NCBI GenBank assembly: GCA_013239625.1 | Contig: MU054220.1 | Location: 2,975,374-3,037,373 of the forward strand | Length of the DNA: 62,000 nt | DNA from: Lama guanicoe | Taxonomy: Eukaryota | Direction of reading: 5' to 3' | Shown here: in pieces, positions 12,995 to 26,269 of the stretch | Numbering within the stretch: the first letter of the stretch is position 1 | Layout of the letters: each line of letters opens with the position of its first letter | Made by a program: the position numbers and the translations under genes | The notes under the pieces: generated by a model | Seen by the model: the letters and a program-made list of their open reading frames with translations, nothing else | What the model was told of the DNA's origin: nothing | Databases searched by the model: none

Positions 12995-13045
12995 TATAAA
13001 TGTATGCAAATCACATGCAAATCCCACACATATTGATTAACAGCC
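12995..13045 (+). promoter_or_regulatory. Tandem perfect octamer (POU) motifs
   Basis: ATGCAAAT at 13004-13011 and 13015-13022, followed by ATTGATTAA. Confidence 0.5.
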
Positions 13046-13439
13046 CTCCTTGGGATGTCTGCCTGCATGTGGCCCTGGGGAAAACTGGGTGGAGGTCACT
13101 GAATTCCAGTGAGTTTGTGGTCAGACCAGGGGAGCATTTGCCTGGAAACGGGGTGCGGAGGGAGAGCAACGCGGAGGGTGGTGGTAGGAGGAGAAGGTGG
13201 GGTGAGTAGGGTGGGGCTGGGATCTCCAGGGTGGGGGTGGGGAAGAGGCCAGTCAGAGACAGGATGCTATGGGAAGGGGGAGACCTGAGTGGATGCACCA
13301 GGTGCCATCAGTGGCAAGGGCTGACTTGCAGCTCCGCATCGTGCAGCTGCACTCCTGGACCTGCATCCTCCCGTCAGCAAGGTGTGGGGCTACGCCTGGG
13401 CCCCAGGTCCACTCCTTTGCCATTCTTGAAGCTTAGAAA

Positions 13440-13985
13440 GATGTTGTGGGGCACTGGGACAGGCCTGGGCTTTGGCCTCAGACAGACTTCAGTTTACCTC
13501 CAGCTGTGTGACTGTGGGTGAGTTACTGAGCCCTGGTTGTGGCCTCTCAAAAATGGGTTAATAACAGTCTCTCCCTCACAGAGCTTCTGTGAGGTTTGCG
13601 TAAGGCTCAGCTCCGCTCAGGCCTGGGTGAAGAAGGTGCACAGCAAGCAGGACTTGTTCCAGCTGCTCCACACCCTCCACAGCCCGGCTTGGAATTCCTG
13701 CTTCACACGCTCTTTCTCATTTATTCTTCATGAGCTCCTGTACATAGGCCGTTATCATTCCCATTTTACAGATGAGGATGCTGAAGTCCAGTGAGGTTGA
13801 GAGCTAGGACAGAGCCAGCTTAGCAGTCAGGCTGATGCTATTTCTCATTATGCTCTACTGCCTCCTCTCAGAGAAAGGCAACTTCTTCGTTTTATAAATG
13901 AAATGAAGCCCAGAGAGGTTGGATTACTTGCCTAAGGTCACACAGCCAAGTTAGAGGCAGAGCTGGAGCTAGACCCTAGTGTCCT
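13440..13985. mobile_element. Cluster of three MIR fragments
   Basis: cccattttacagatgaggatgctgaag (~13760) and gaaatgaagcccagagaggttggattacttgcctaaggtcacacagc (~13900) on minus; a plus-strand MIR at ~13450-13610. Confidence 0.8.
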
Positions 13986-14701
13986 CTTCCCTGCACATCA
14001 CACAAGACCCACTCTCCCAGCAGCCCAGCCTGACTGTGTGGGCTCTGGTTCCCCTTGGCCTGGGGCTCATCTCACAGGATGGGTGCTGGGTTGCCTCTGG
14101 AGTCGAAATGTTGTCTCTCCAGGGGGGCTCGCAGGTCCTACCGGCCCAGCCGGGGGTCTGATGGAGCATTGCCCGCTGGGGGCGTTTGGGAGTTCCTGCT
14201 TCCTGCTCACCTCCCCTTCCCCCCTCCCTTGGCCTCTCCATCCCTGCTCATCAGCTGTCCCTTCCCCTTTCCCAGCTCCAAGGCTGTCAGTGTTTGCGGG
14301 AGATTATGCAGTGTTGACATTGGAATATGAATGAGGCAAGAGAAGCAGCCAAATATTGGAATTAGGGAAAGCAGGAGCCCAGGCTGGGATCCAAGAGTGG
14401 CTGGAACATCTGTGTCTTGGCTGTTCCAGATGCCTGACCCTGCCGCCCACCCGAAGACGACTGGTCCCTGAGCCACAGACAAGTGCTGCCGCAGCCAAGG
14501 TCTGGTCCTCCACTTGCCAGCCGAGGTCACAGCTAGGAGTCCCCCAGACCTCAGCCTCATCCACCCTTTCGGTTCTGAGGCCCCGAGGAAGCGGGTGCAT
14601 CTGTTGTGACTTGAGGGACTGAGGGAAGACTCTGCCCAGGGATGTATCCTTCATTTGAATGACTGAAATCCCACCTTTAGTGTTCTGTATCTATTGGTCA
14701 G

Positions 14702-14935
14702 ACCAGTATTTGTCAAATTGTATTTCATGGAACATAGATTCTGCAGACTCTTGATCAGTTTTCCATAGAAGAGGCCATATGTCAGGGAAATGTTACGTTA
14801 AACAGTTATTGCAGGACTTCTCAGAGCCTTTGACAATTTAAGAGGCATGGTGATTCTTCAAAAGGGGGATAGAGTTTGTAGTGTTTCCCAAACTTGTTTG
14901 ATGGGTAAGCCTTTCTTCATGCAGAACTTTTTGGA
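14702..14935. mobile_element. hAT-Charlie MITE
   Basis: gcaggacttctcagagccttt...gggggatagagtttgtagtgtttcccaaactt is typical of old Charlie-derived MERs. Confidence 0.6.
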
Positions 14936-16509
14936 CCCGGGGTAACAGATCTGACTTTAGTCTAGCAGCTGCTGGTACCGCTGTCCAGGGGCTGGCGTGA
15001 GGTCGACACTCAACTCAAATGGGTGGAATCTGAGTCAGAATCTGTTTCTTGCATTTGTAAAATGGAGTAGCTGCATCTGCCCTGGGTGTTTATTTAATTT
15101 ATTCTCTAAGTTAAACGAGAGGACATCGTGTGTAGGAGCGCGCTGCCAACTGCATGCCTGTGCATGTTTCAGGGAGGGTGACGGTCAGTCCTGCTTCCTC
15201 TTCTAACTGATCTGGTAAACAGAGACGCACTGGCCGCTTGGTGATAATGTTCCCTTGGGGGCTTTCCCATTTTGCTCTCCAGGAAGAGGGGCCATGTTTG
15301 CCACAGCATTTCTCAGTGTGAACCCTGTGCCTCCATGAGCCTTCTCATGTGGGATGGTTAGGTGGCAAGTTCAAAGGCACCTTACTGTGTGGCAGGACAA
15401 GAAGGCACTAGGTTCCAGGGTTTGAATCCTGAGTCCAGTGCTTTGTCTGAGCCACTGCGATGCCTGTCCCCTGGCAGGGGGTGGGGCACCGGAGAGGCAG
15501 GTGACAGAGGCATTTCCTGGACCAGCTCCTCGGGGCACCATTCCCACCACCAGCCACCCCTCCCAGGACCCCAGCACTACCCAAGTTCCCTGCAGGCCAG
15601 CCATGCCCAAGTCTGTTGCCTGGAATGCTCCCCGTCAGGAGGCCTGGATCTCTGAGTGTGACCCTGGCTGTCCAGACATCAAAGGGTATTGTCCCCTTCT
15701 TCCCTGTCCTTTTCCTGCGGGGGCTGCCCCACCTTTGCTCATCTCCCTCAGGTGGGTATTTTCTGAATCAGAAGTTAAAAGAGGCCAGGTCCTAGAAGGA
15801 CTGAGTCATCTCCTCCAAAAGGCCCAGAGACAACTCAAAGTCATAAAAACCAATGGCCAGGAATCCCTCATCTCTCTTATCTGGGCCTCAGTCTCCCCAT
15901 CTATACATCGAGGAGGCCCACCCAGCTCTGACTGAATGCAAGTCTATGGATTCCTAAAAACATCCCCTCCTGCCCTTCCTACTTGCAAAATACTTCCAGG
16001 AATTCCTTGTTCTGTCCTCGGGTGGGTCCTCATCACATCTCCCTGTGGGAGGGATTCCAGCACCTCTCAAGGGGTCTCACTGCCTGGGGTGCTGCTTCCC
16101 TTGAGTCCACCCACCACCCAGGAGCCAGAGATACTGGTCTCGTTTCTACTCTCCACATACCCCTCTTCTGTTTCCAAACTTGGGATGGTTTCCTACTGGC
16201 TCTGTGGAAAGTCTGTGGCCCCAACCCTTCTCTACCACCACTGCACAGAGTCCACCTGGAATTCTCGAATGCACCTGGACTTCCATCCTTCCCAGCCTTT
16301 GCTCTTGCAGTCCCTTCAGTTTAAAATGCCTTTCCTCTTCTCCTCCTGATGAATCTGGTGCAACCTGCAAGACCTCACTTCTTCCCCTTCCCCTTCCTTT
16401 TCTTCCCCTCCCTCCAGTGTGGTTGTTTGCGCTGTATCATAACCATCAATGCACACACTTTTCATCTCCATAAATCTCATTCTAGTACCAACCACCCTAT
16501 ATGTTCCCC

Positions 16510-16930
16510 AAATACTTAGCGTTCCCGTTAATTATAAAACTAACACATGCTCTTGTAAGACAACCAAAAGGTTCAGAAGGAAAAGTGAAATATCCCCCTT
16601 CTCTGATCTTATTGGTCAGTCCCATTACTCACGGGTAATCACTGCTAACAGTTTCTTGTGTTCATACGGAATGTGTGTATTCAACATAGATGAATGTACC
16701 CAAATCTAGTTAACTAGCCTCCATGGTGGGACGTTCAGGGTAATTTCCCATTTTTTTACTGAGACAAATAATGCTGCAATGGCCAGTTTCAGATGCAAAT
16801 ATTTCTGGAGGCAGAGTCTTAGAAATGGGATTGCTGCATCACAGAGTACATGCGCTTAAAATGTTAACAAATACTGTCAAATTGTCTGCAAAAAAAGGTT
16901 GAACTATTTTACACCTCCCAGTAACAGTCT
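16510..16930 (-). mobile_element. L1ME-like fragment inside an L2
   Basis: acaaataatgctgcaatg, tagaaatgggattgctg and aatactgtcaaattg; L2-like flanks at ~16240-16500 and ~16930-17040. Confidence 0.6.
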
Positions 16931-18039
16931 TGAACTGATGTTTAAATGTCTGGTTCTCTCACTTAAGAACAAGGTCTGGGTCTTCTTTATCACAGCGTTC
17001 CTGGAACATAGTGGTCTCAATAAGTGCTTCTTGAGCTAGCGAATTGAGGTGTTGCCAAGCCCCCACCCTCTTCTCAGAAAAAAGTGGAAGCCTTTCTGTC
17101 CCTAAAAATTCTGCGACGTCAATTGTGGGACCAGAAGACCTTGACCCATTTGATTCAGCTCTCTGAAATGCAAAGAATCTTGAGGTGTCCTGGGTACTTC
17201 TTTGTAAGTGGTGAGTATGTGGTTTTTGTCTGCAAAGCTGGCCTCAAGGATCTGGGTTGCCATGACAACTCTTGAGCAGGGCCGTCTTTTCCCTTCCCTC
17301 CATCTTGGGAGCCTTGGTTGCCATAACAACTATTGGTCCACTCCTCTTGCCTTAATCCTGCCATAGGACTGCCAGCTTCCCTGATGTCACTTGACCCGTG
17401 TACCTGGAGACCCTCGTGAGAGGACATCTAAGTGGGGCCACTACTTGGGGGGTTGTTGTCAGCAGAAAGCAGTATGGCCACTGGGAAGGGGAGAGGGCCC
17501 AGGTGAGGGAAGAATGAGAGTCACTCTTGCTCCTTCCAAGTCCAGTAGGGTCCCTGTTGCTTGGTGACCAGAGGATGAGCTTCAAAGGTGGTCTGGGGGA
17601 TCGATGAGCTACAGGGGTTGTGCAGCTGAGTGTGCTTCCTCACCACTCCCACATTAGGTGGCAGAGCAGATGGGGAGGATGCCACGGACCCCGCCCTCTG
17701 GAGGAAGCCTTGGAGGGAGCAGGAAGCCTGGCACATGGAAGCCACCTACAGGCCCTGCCAAGAGCACCTAGGAGTTCATTGCAGTCCTCTTTGGAATGCC
17801 CAGAACAGAATCCCAAGGAGGCAGAACACCCTGCATTTATTAACATGATGGAATACTCTGTGGCCAAATTAAAGCAGGACATTTGAGGATTCTGTTGACA
17901 CTTGGAAAATACTGCTAAGAGACAAAAGCAGGACACAAATTGCTCTGTGGACATTGACTGCAGCTCTGTGATACTGATGAGGACTTTCCAGAGCCTGGGT
18001 TTGAAGGACTGTAATATAATGCAAATAGAGTTTCCCTAT

Positions 18040-18622
18040 ACCTGCTTCTCCTCTAGCATCTCCCCATCTCTGTGAACAGTCTTGCCACATGCCCTGTTGC
18101 CCAAACTGGAAACTTGGGATTCAAAGTAGACTCCTCCCACTGCCCTCATGCCCCATTCTTATTGGTCACAGGTCCTGTCGATGCTACCTTTGAGTAGTTT
18201 TCATGTGTATTCCCCCCTCACACGGTGACTGCCATTGCTCAAGTTCACTTCGTTGGCATTTCTCATGTAGGATCATATCCCCCCGTGGGTCTCTCTCCTC
18301 CTAAGTGTGTCCACCCCTTACTCCCTCAGCACTCCTGGCATGCTGCTCCCCAAGTGGCCAGTTTGGTCATGTGGCTCCTCTGATGCTCTCCGTTTCCCCC
18401 AGGATCCAGGACAAGCTTCTTGGCACATGCAAGGCCTTCATGACCCACTGCCTTAGCCCCTATCCAGCCTCTCCTCCCTTGAGCTTGCTTCCAGCACACA
18501 AAGCTGTAAGCAGTTCGCTTTCATTCCTCTTGTCTGTGAACACACCATTCCCTCTGCCAGGAATAACTCTTCCTGCCTCATCTGCCTGGTAAACTCTTAT
18601 CCACCTTTGAGATTTAGCTCAA
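18040..18622 (+). mobile_element. L2 LINE, split by HAL1; resumes at ~21558-21692
   Basis: cccaaactggaaacttggga...gactcctcc and tttgagatttagctcaa | atgtttttcttctgtgaagccttccctaaccaccc follow the L2 3' consensus. Confidence 0.7.
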
Positions 18623-20007
18623 GACTTTTCAAGATGGTAGAAGAAAGATGTTTCCACTCCATTTAGACCCTGAAAACTGTACAGAAACCACCAGGACAAC
18701 AGGACAAGAAGCCTGAATTTTGTCTTGGATGAAATTAGGAGATGTCTATACCCTTTGATTTCAATACATGGAGGGGGAAAGCCTCTAGAGGAGGCATAAA
18801 TGACTTAGCAGAGAGGAATAATGTCAGACCTCCATACTTATAGGTGGGAAAGGTCCTGAGGACAAGCAAGCTGATTCCCTCTACAGTAACCCAAAGAGGG
18901 TCAGGGATTGGAGGCACCAAGTGCCACAGGAAGTGAGATAGAGACGGGGGCCCACAACAGGGAAGTAATTTGGAAGTCTATGTAAGGAGCAGGCTGACCT
19001 CTAAGTCCTCACCTATATCCCGTGCAGCAGATGGCTAAGCCTCTTACTCTCATGAGAGACCAGAGGCTCTGGTCTCAGGGAGGCCAGATGTACACAAAGG
19101 GAGAGGTAAGGATCCTACTAAAAGCAGGGGGATTGGGTCTGCAGATAAACAGAGGGACTCCCAGCCCCCTTCTCCTACCCAACAGCAGAGCACCAGAATC
19201 AGGCCTATTCTGGCACTCTACCCCCAACCCCACAAGAAGATGGAAGAATATTTCCCTGGAGGAAATAAACAACCCCCCAAAAGACCAATAGATACTTACG
19301 TTTAGGAATCTATAGCAGATGAGCTGGCAGGAGCAATGATTGTCCTAGAATGATGCTCATCAAATCGACATGTCAAACCCAGGCACTCAAAGCCTCTGGC
19401 TGGCCTTTTGGTGGTCTCCTCTTAAATGTGAACACACAGCCAAGGGTTACTGACATTTGATGGATGCTTTCCCTCATTTTTCCTTGAGGAAAGTATGAAC
19501 CAAGGGGAAATGGAGACTTTTCAGTGAGCAGGATGTAAGGTGAAAGAAGCCATTATTGGTATCCTTAGAGAGATAAAAGAACATGTTATGGAAAAATAAT
19601 AGAGTGGAATAAAAAAGGAATAATCAGAACAAGAGAGAACTCTTGGAAGTAAAAACTCTGATAGAAAAAATTTAAAAACATATCAAGAATTGGAAGATGA
19701 AGTTGAGGAACTTTCGCTGGAAATATACAGAGAGACACAAAGAGATGGGCTAAAGGAGAAGCAGGAGAGAAAGCGTAAGAAAGTAGGGACCATTCCAGGG
19801 GGTGTAATGTTCATTTAATGGTTTTCTAGAAATAGAGAAAGGAGAGAATGAAATTGTCAAAGAAATAATACAAGAAAAATTTCCAGAATCAAAGTGTGAG
19901 AGTTTGCAGATGGTAAGGTCCACTGAGTATCCACCTCAATGAATGAAAAAATACCCACGTCCATGCTCATCAATATATTTCACATGCAGAGATACAGAGC
20001 AGTTCTT

Positions 20008-20165
20008 TGGGAGGAGGGTATAGCTGAGTGGTAGATTGTGTGCTTAGCATGCACAAGGTCCTGGGTTCAATTCCCAGTACCTCCATTAATGAATGAATGA
20101 ATAAATAAATAAATAAGCCTAATTACCTTCCCCTCAAACCAAACCAAAACCAAAATATTATTGTA
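20008..20165 (+). mobile_element. Vic-1-type tRNA-derived SINE
   Basis: ggagggtatagctgagtggtag...gcttagcatgcacaaggtcctgggttcaattcccagtacctcca (A/B boxes) plus AT-rich tail; degenerate TSD agagcagttctt / agaaaagtcctt. Confidence 0.9.
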
Positions 20166-20190
20166 AGAAAAGTCCTTCAAAGTTCATGGA

Positions 20191-20574
20191 GAGGGCTGGA
20201 ATTAGGATGAGGCAAATGAGGCACTTGCTTTGTGTGCAAAATTTAAGGGGGCACCAAAAAACTCAGTGGTCAAGATAAAAACATGAATGGACTATTTAAA
20301 GCAATTTAAAATAATTCAGAATAATCCATGATGAACAAAATAGCAATATTTAAAATCAAGACAAGATCTGACAGGGCTAGCATTAGGGTGAGGCAAGTGG
20401 GGGTCTTGTCTTTTCCTGATATTTATTCAGCATCATTTTTTGCATTACCTTTGATTTTCCAAAAAAAATGCGTTAAGTATTATATATCTTGATCACTGAA
20501 TTTTTTTTTGGCACTCCCTTAAATTTTGCACCAGAGGCGAGTACTTCACTCACCTCACCCCATTCCCAGCCCTG
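20191..20574. mobile_element. MER96B-like hAT-Tip100 MITE
   Basis: Long imperfect TIRs: agggctggaattaggatgaggc...gcaaaatttaagggggcaccaaaaaa and ttttggcactcccttaaattttgc...cctcaccccattcccagccctg. Confidence 0.85.
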
Positions 20575-21889
20575 CACACAAGAATGGGAAGTAACAATGG
20601 CATCAAACTTCTCAACAGCAACATTGGACGTTTGAAGACAATGGAACCAGTGTCTTTAAAAATTCTAGCTGAAAGCGTTTTTCCACCTAATGCTCCATAC
20701 CAACCCTGGCTATGGATTAAATGCGAGGGTGAATTGAAGATCTTTCTAGACATACAATGTCTTAAAATAACTTGCCCTCCCATACACCTTTTCTCATGAA
20801 ACTATTGAAGGATGTGCTCACTAAAACCAGGGAGCCAAGAAAGAAGATGGGAGATCCAGGACACAGGAAAGAGGAGGAAAGGGAATTCTTCGGATAATGG
20901 CTAAGAAACTATCAGCGAACAGCTGTGCCTTACCCAGAGAGCAACTAGACCTGATCAGCAGGATATCAGAAGGCTCTAAGGGGTGAGGGAATTTGTCCCC
21001 AGGAAAATAAATGAGACTGACAAATTATCTGACAGGTTTGGTCATGTGGAAAATTATGTTGAGGGCATGGAAAAATTTAGTCAATTGTTTTTAAAGAAAC
21101 AAGCCTAAGTTGATGAAAAATGAGGTAATTACTAGCAGGAAAAACAAAAAAGAAAGGAAATAGAATCATAGTCTACAACTCAGCCCATGAATAAAATCTA
21201 TTTACGTGGTCATCATAGTGAAGGTGTAGAGTAAGGATTTTTAAAAATTGAGATATAAGTATTTTGTGGATGGAGGGAAGGGAAGAGAGAATGGAAGAAA
21301 AACTTGCATACTAAGACTTCGATCAATGTTTAAGAAGATGACTCAAGAGACTGAAGGATACACATGTTATTTAGAAAGAGGGAGGTAAATTACAGAAGAA
21401 GAAGCTCAAGAGAACAAGGTGAGGAAGATGGGGTAGGGGATAGAAAACAAGAAACTTTTATTTTCAATTATAAGCCTTTTAGCACTGTTTGACTTTTCAA
21501 AAGATTTACAAGTAATACTTGGTTTAAACCAAAACAAATTTAAAAATTGATTTGATTCATGTTTTTCTTCTGTGAAGCCTTCCCTAACCACCCAGTCATC
21601 CCAAACACTTCCCTCTGGGGGCCACTTGAACACTGGGACTTGTGTCCTCAGCAAGGGTTCAGAAAAGGGTCTTGGAGAATAAGTGAATGAATTCCTTTAA
21701 AAAAAAAATTGGTTAAGTTTACATGAATTGAAAAAAAAACTTTTGAAGAAGTTGAAGTGACAAAGCCACGCTAACATGAAAGGAGATTTGTCTTTCATTG
21801 GCTGTCGTGGGTGGTAATGACATCTTTTTTTTTTTTTTTTCATTTTTGGGGGTGGGGTGGGGTGGGGTTGGTTGAGGTCACAGGCTGGA

Positions 21890-22120
21890 TAAAAGCAGGT
21901 TGGGAGTTAGCAGCAGACATACCTGGGACCCACCACTATCTCCACCATTCAGTAGCTGTGAGTTCAAGACAAGTTAGTTACTTCACCTCCCTGAACCTCG
22001 GTTTCCTCATCTGGACAGCGGGGAGAAGAAGAGATAAAAAATACTTTGCCAGGCTGTCAAGGATTAGGAGAATATAAGTAAAGTGCCAAGCGCACAGTAT
22101 ATGCCAGTTAAATGGTGGAT
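21890..22120 (+). mobile_element. MIR SINE
   Basis: acttcacctccctgaacctcggtttcctcatctg...gattagga...taaagtgccaagc. Confidence 0.75.
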
Positions 22121-22429
22121 GGTTTTATTAAGCTGCAGGGTATTCAGTGACAGCAGAGATTCCCTTGACCCTTATAGAACCTCCGGGAAGCTCTGGCCTC
22201 TGTGTCAGATGCCCCCAGACACAGACACTGGGCTCTGTGTGGGAAGATCGTATACTAGCAGAGGGGTTCAGAGCACCTACACATTTGCAGGGATATCTGA
22301 GTCATTGCATTTTGGGAGCTGTGCTGAGATGGTTTCAGTGGCTTTGCTTGGTCTCTAAACAAAAATTATTTAGGTGGGAACAGATTCAACTTGAGGTTTC
22401 CAAGATTTTCACATGACCTTTCAATACCC

Positions 22430-23220
22430 CAGATTTGCAGTTTCCTTCTTTCTCTAATGAAAGTCTGGATCATCTTGTTAAAAAGAAACTTAAATTGATG
22501 CTGTTGCCCTGTACTCGTCCTAGCTTCCCTCGCTCCATTTCATTGGCTCCACCCACCCACTCACCCGGCAGCCGGCCTCCATCCAGCCATCCCTCCGCTC
22601 CGTGGGAACTGCTCGCTCAGAAATCACCAAGCACCTCCCACTGGCCACATCCCGAGATCTTGCGCAAGTTCCTTCTTCTGGCTGCAGTTAACCCCCTTCT
22701 TTAAATGTTCTCCTGCCTTGGCTTTGGGGCACAGGGGTCTCCTTTTTTGTTTATTATTATTTTTTAACTTCTTTGTCTTAAGTCTTGATTCTGTGATCAT
22801 CCCCTAAAGCCCAGTCCTTTCTTTTCTTTCATTTTATTGCCTTAATTCTCGGAGACTTTCATGATCACCTCTGTATGGATAATTCTCTTAGCTCTCTCTC
22901 CATTCCATTCTGTCCCTGGAGTTCTACTCGAGTCTCCCGTGGACTCCTGCACATTTTCCCTGAGATGTCTTGAAGTTACCTCACCCCTTAGATGGACACT
23001 GTCATCTGTCCCAAACCCCTATCTTCTGACTTCCTTGCTCGGTCAGAGGCTCTTGAAGTCTTAGGGTTATTCTTTACTCCTCTCGCCTTCATTTCTCCTT
23101 GCCAACTTCCCCCTTCAGCTTTACTTCTTGAGCCAGACTTCTGATCTAATCAGGGTGGCCTCTGTGCTGTCCCCAAACATGTGGTCACTCCTCTGTTATG
23201 CCTGTAATGTCTGCGAGCAC
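22430..23220 (+). mobile_element. L2 LINE fragment (very degenerate)
   Basis: Pyrimidine-rich L2-like tract (cttcttctggctgcagttaaccccc, ccttggctttgggg, ttattctttactcctctc). Confidence 0.45.
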
Positions 23221-23605
23221 ATACTGTCATAGTCATATTTTTCTAAAAGAGAGTCTTAGTGTTAGCCAATTACATATTCTCCCTGAGTCCAAGGATGGTG
23301 TAAAGCATCCTTTGTCCCAGTGAGTCAGTCACTGGTCTCCTCAAATCAAGCCACAGGCAGCGTGTGGCCTTATCACTGTGTAGAAGACCTGTCCCGGGGG
23401 TGCTGGCAGGTGACCTCCTTTTGGCATTAGCTTGACTAGAGATGTGTGTGGAGGGGGAAGTGATTCTGCAAGGTTCAGAGTTCAGCTCTCTCCTGAGTCC
23501 TGGCTCCACCCTGCAGGGGGACTGTTAGATCCTAAAGAATTTAAATTCTCCAAATTCTTAGAGCATGTCTAAGAGAAATCAGTCTCTCACTTCTCTGATG
23601 CATGC

Positions 23606-23742
23606 TTTTTTGTGGGGGAGGAGAGAGGGGAGAGAATTATTTTTATTTATTTATAGTTTTATCTTTTCAACAGAGGTACTGGGCATTGAACCCAGGACCC
23701 TGTGCATGCTAAGCACTTTGCCACTGAGCTAAACCCTTCCCC
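23606..23742 (-). mobile_element. Vic-1-type SINE
   Basis: gaggtactgggcattgaacccaggaccctgtgcatgctaagca...ccactgagctaaacccttcccc. Confidence 0.9.
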
Positions 23743-23949
23743 ACTGAGGCATGATTATGCTAACAAAGTCTCTGTCTTTTTGCTTTATCTTTCCAAGGAG
23801 ACTCTCCCCTCAGGGTGGGGAAGGGAGGAATATTCCATCCTGCCATAGGAACTCATATTCATCCCTATCTGTATCCTTGTTTATGCTGGTCAAGATATTT
23901 ACTTCTCTCGCACCTATGTGGTCACAATCTACCTCTTCTCTGAGGTAGG

Positions 23950-24562
23950 CAGGAGTCAGCCATTTTTGTGCCATGGACCTGTCTGGCAGGCTGATGGAAC
24001 CTATAGACCCCATCTTAAAAATATGATTTTACATACATAAAAAATACAGTATACTAAAGGAAACTGGTTGTAATATGGTTGTTAAAATAAACAAAACAAA
24101 ACAAAACAAAACGGGGAGGGTATAGCTCAGTGGCTAGTGTGTGTGCTTAGCATGCACGAGGTCCTGGATTCAATCCCCAGTATCTCCATTAAAATAAATA
24201 AAAACCTAATTACCTCCCACCAAAACAACAACAAATAAGCAAACAAAATAAATTAAAAAAACAAATTGTAATATGGTAACGCTATACTTCCTTATTAACA
24301 TATTAAATAACCAAATATCAAAGTAGTGATAAACATAAATGATATTCTGACATCTCTGCAATAGTACATGTGATAGGAAAATATCTGTTACACCTACTTC
24401 TCAGATTTGTAGCCTACATTTGTAATGGAAAGAAATGCTAAGTTTCAGTTAGAGATTAGTGAACAGAAATACAATTTTTTCAACTTCCAAGTTCACGGGT
24501 ATCCCTGAATTCAGTCCATGGGTTCTATGGGTTCTTACTGTGGGCCTCAGTTGGGAACCTTA
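23950..24562. mobile_element. hAT-Charlie (Charlie4-like) MITE interrupted by a Vic-1 SINE
   Basis: tttttgtgccatggacctgtctggcagg...cctatagacccc at the 5' end and tccaagttcacggg...tccatggg at the 3' end. Confidence 0.7.
24113..24262 (+). mobile_element. Vic-1-type SINE
   Basis: ggggagggtatagctcagtgg...gcttagcatgcacgaggtcctggattcaatccccagtatctcca plus tail with acctaattacctccc. Confidence 0.92.
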
Positions 24563-24639
24563 ACTCCCACTTCCCTCATAAAGCCCTCCTTGACCACCAC
24601 ACTTGTATTTGAGCTTTCCCTTATGCTGAACTCTTACAA

Positions 24640-24970
24640 TGTTCAGTCACTTATTCATGCATTCATTCATTCAATAAACATTTACCAGCATTGTCCATAT
24701 TCATGCAACCATTGTACCAGATGTTGGAAGTCCATATAATGATGAACTAGACCGAGTTTTGCAATTAGTGGGAGAGGTGGATATATTCTCATCCAATTAT
24801 GACCCCAAATGTAGCATGAAAAGCATCCTGGGAGAGCTTTAAATGACAGTCTGCAGTATCCCAGAGGAGGCAGAAGTTAGCAGTTCAACTTGGCAAGGAG
24901 TCAAGAGAAGGAAATGTTTCAAGAGGAAGGTGGCATTTGAACTTGGCTTATAGAAAGGGTAGGATATAAC
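24640..24970 (-). mobile_element. L2 3' end
   Basis: cattcattcattcaataaacatttacc...aagaggaaggtggcatttgaacttgg. Confidence 0.7.
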
Positions 24971-25156
24971 AATTCCCTCATGGTTTAAGTAGATCTTGCT
25001 GGTATTTTTCCTTTGTTAGTCTTGCCACAGGTAAATATGAAAATCCAATCAGGATCATTTTTCTTTCTTTCTTTTTTTTGTATTCCTCAGAACAGGACTG
25101 ATCATGGGTACTCAATATATGATCGCTGATTAATTAATATTTTTAAAAAGAATTTC

Positions 25157-25500
25157 TGTATCAATTAGTTATTGCTGTGTGACAAAGCATCCCCAAACCC
25201 AGTGGCTTTAAACAACAAGTTCTGGCCTTTCTCATTGGCCTATGGGTCATTCTGATCTGGGCCAGGATTGGCTAGTCTCAGTTGGACTCTGTGGTCCCTG
25301 GCCATTTGGCCAGAGGCTGGCTGGTCTAGAATAGCCTGGGCTGAATGGCTGAGGCTCTCTTCTGAATGCTTTTTCAAGTTGTGCTTGCATCAAGTTTGGC
25401 CAAAGCAAGTCATAGAGCCAAGCCCAGGGTCAGTGTGGAGGACACTGCCCTAGGGCAAGGAGACAGGCAGGCATACAAAGTTTTGGCCATAGTCTTCACA
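25157..25500 (-). mobile_element. MaLR LTR (MLT1-type)
   Basis: tgtatcaattagttattgctgtgtgacaaagcatccccaaacccagtggctttaaacaac; ttggccaaagcaagtcat. Confidence 0.75.
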
Positions 25501-26029
25501 ACAAAACAGCCAGCCTCAGATCCTTCATGGGATGGGACAGATCTAAATCAATGGGTGAGTGCATGAATAAAATAAAGTGTAGTGTCGCAATTTATAAATT
25601 CAACAGTGATGTGGCCTTTCCTGTGGCTATGTCCTAAGTGTTTGAAGACTGCTATCCACAGAGACTGGCTGGGCCATCCTTTTATTATTATTATTTTTTA
25701 ACTGGAATGCAAACCCATTGACTTGTCTTTTCATGTTTGATGTTCCATCAGTTAAGCATCCCACACAGTTTTTCACAGAGATGTTTTCTTTCCCCCTGAG
25801 GACATCTGCAACAATCCAGAACACACTTTCCTTGGTACTCGACTCTAAGTTGCTATAAATATCAGACATTCTGTCAGCAGCTCTGGGTCACAGCTCAGGT
25901 TTCCTGAACCAATATCACTCGCCCCTCTGCCTGGAGTGTGTCTGTTAGAGGCAGCAGCGGGGTAGGCAAAATGAAGTGGAAAATACAGGTCAGAAAGCAT
26001 GTTCTCTGAATAACTGAGGCAAAAGCATC

Positions 26030-26203
26030 TGTGTGTGTGTGTGTGTGTGTGCGTGTGTGTGTGTAGGGGGACAGATTTATTCATACTATTTTCATTTAAA
26101 AATTTTTAAAAAATTTTATTTTTTTAATGGAGGTACTGAGGATTGAACTCAGGACCTCGTGCATGCTAAGCACACACTCTACCACTGAGCTATACCTTCC
26201 CCC
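26030..26203 (-). mobile_element. Vic-1-type SINE with (TG)n microsatellite at the tail
   Basis: tggaggtactgaggattgaactcaggacctcgtgcatgctaagcacacactctaccactgagctataccttcccc; (tg)n at 26030-26064. Confidence 0.92.
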
Positions 26204-26269
26204 TTACACTACTGCCTTTAATTGTCCAGCCTTTAATGGATGTGAGAGCTGAATTTGAAAAAAATATGA

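Larger units (their letters stand above)
18623..21555 (+). mobile_element. Near-full-length ancient HAL1 (half-L1)
   Basis: caagatgg 5' start; decayed ORF1 (ggcatcaaacttctcaacagcaacattgga = ASNFSTATL); HAL1-like post-ORF1 motif (gggagatccaggacacagg...acagctgtgc...gagagcaactag); 3' end attataagccttttagcactgtttgacttt; no ORF2. Confidence 0.75.
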
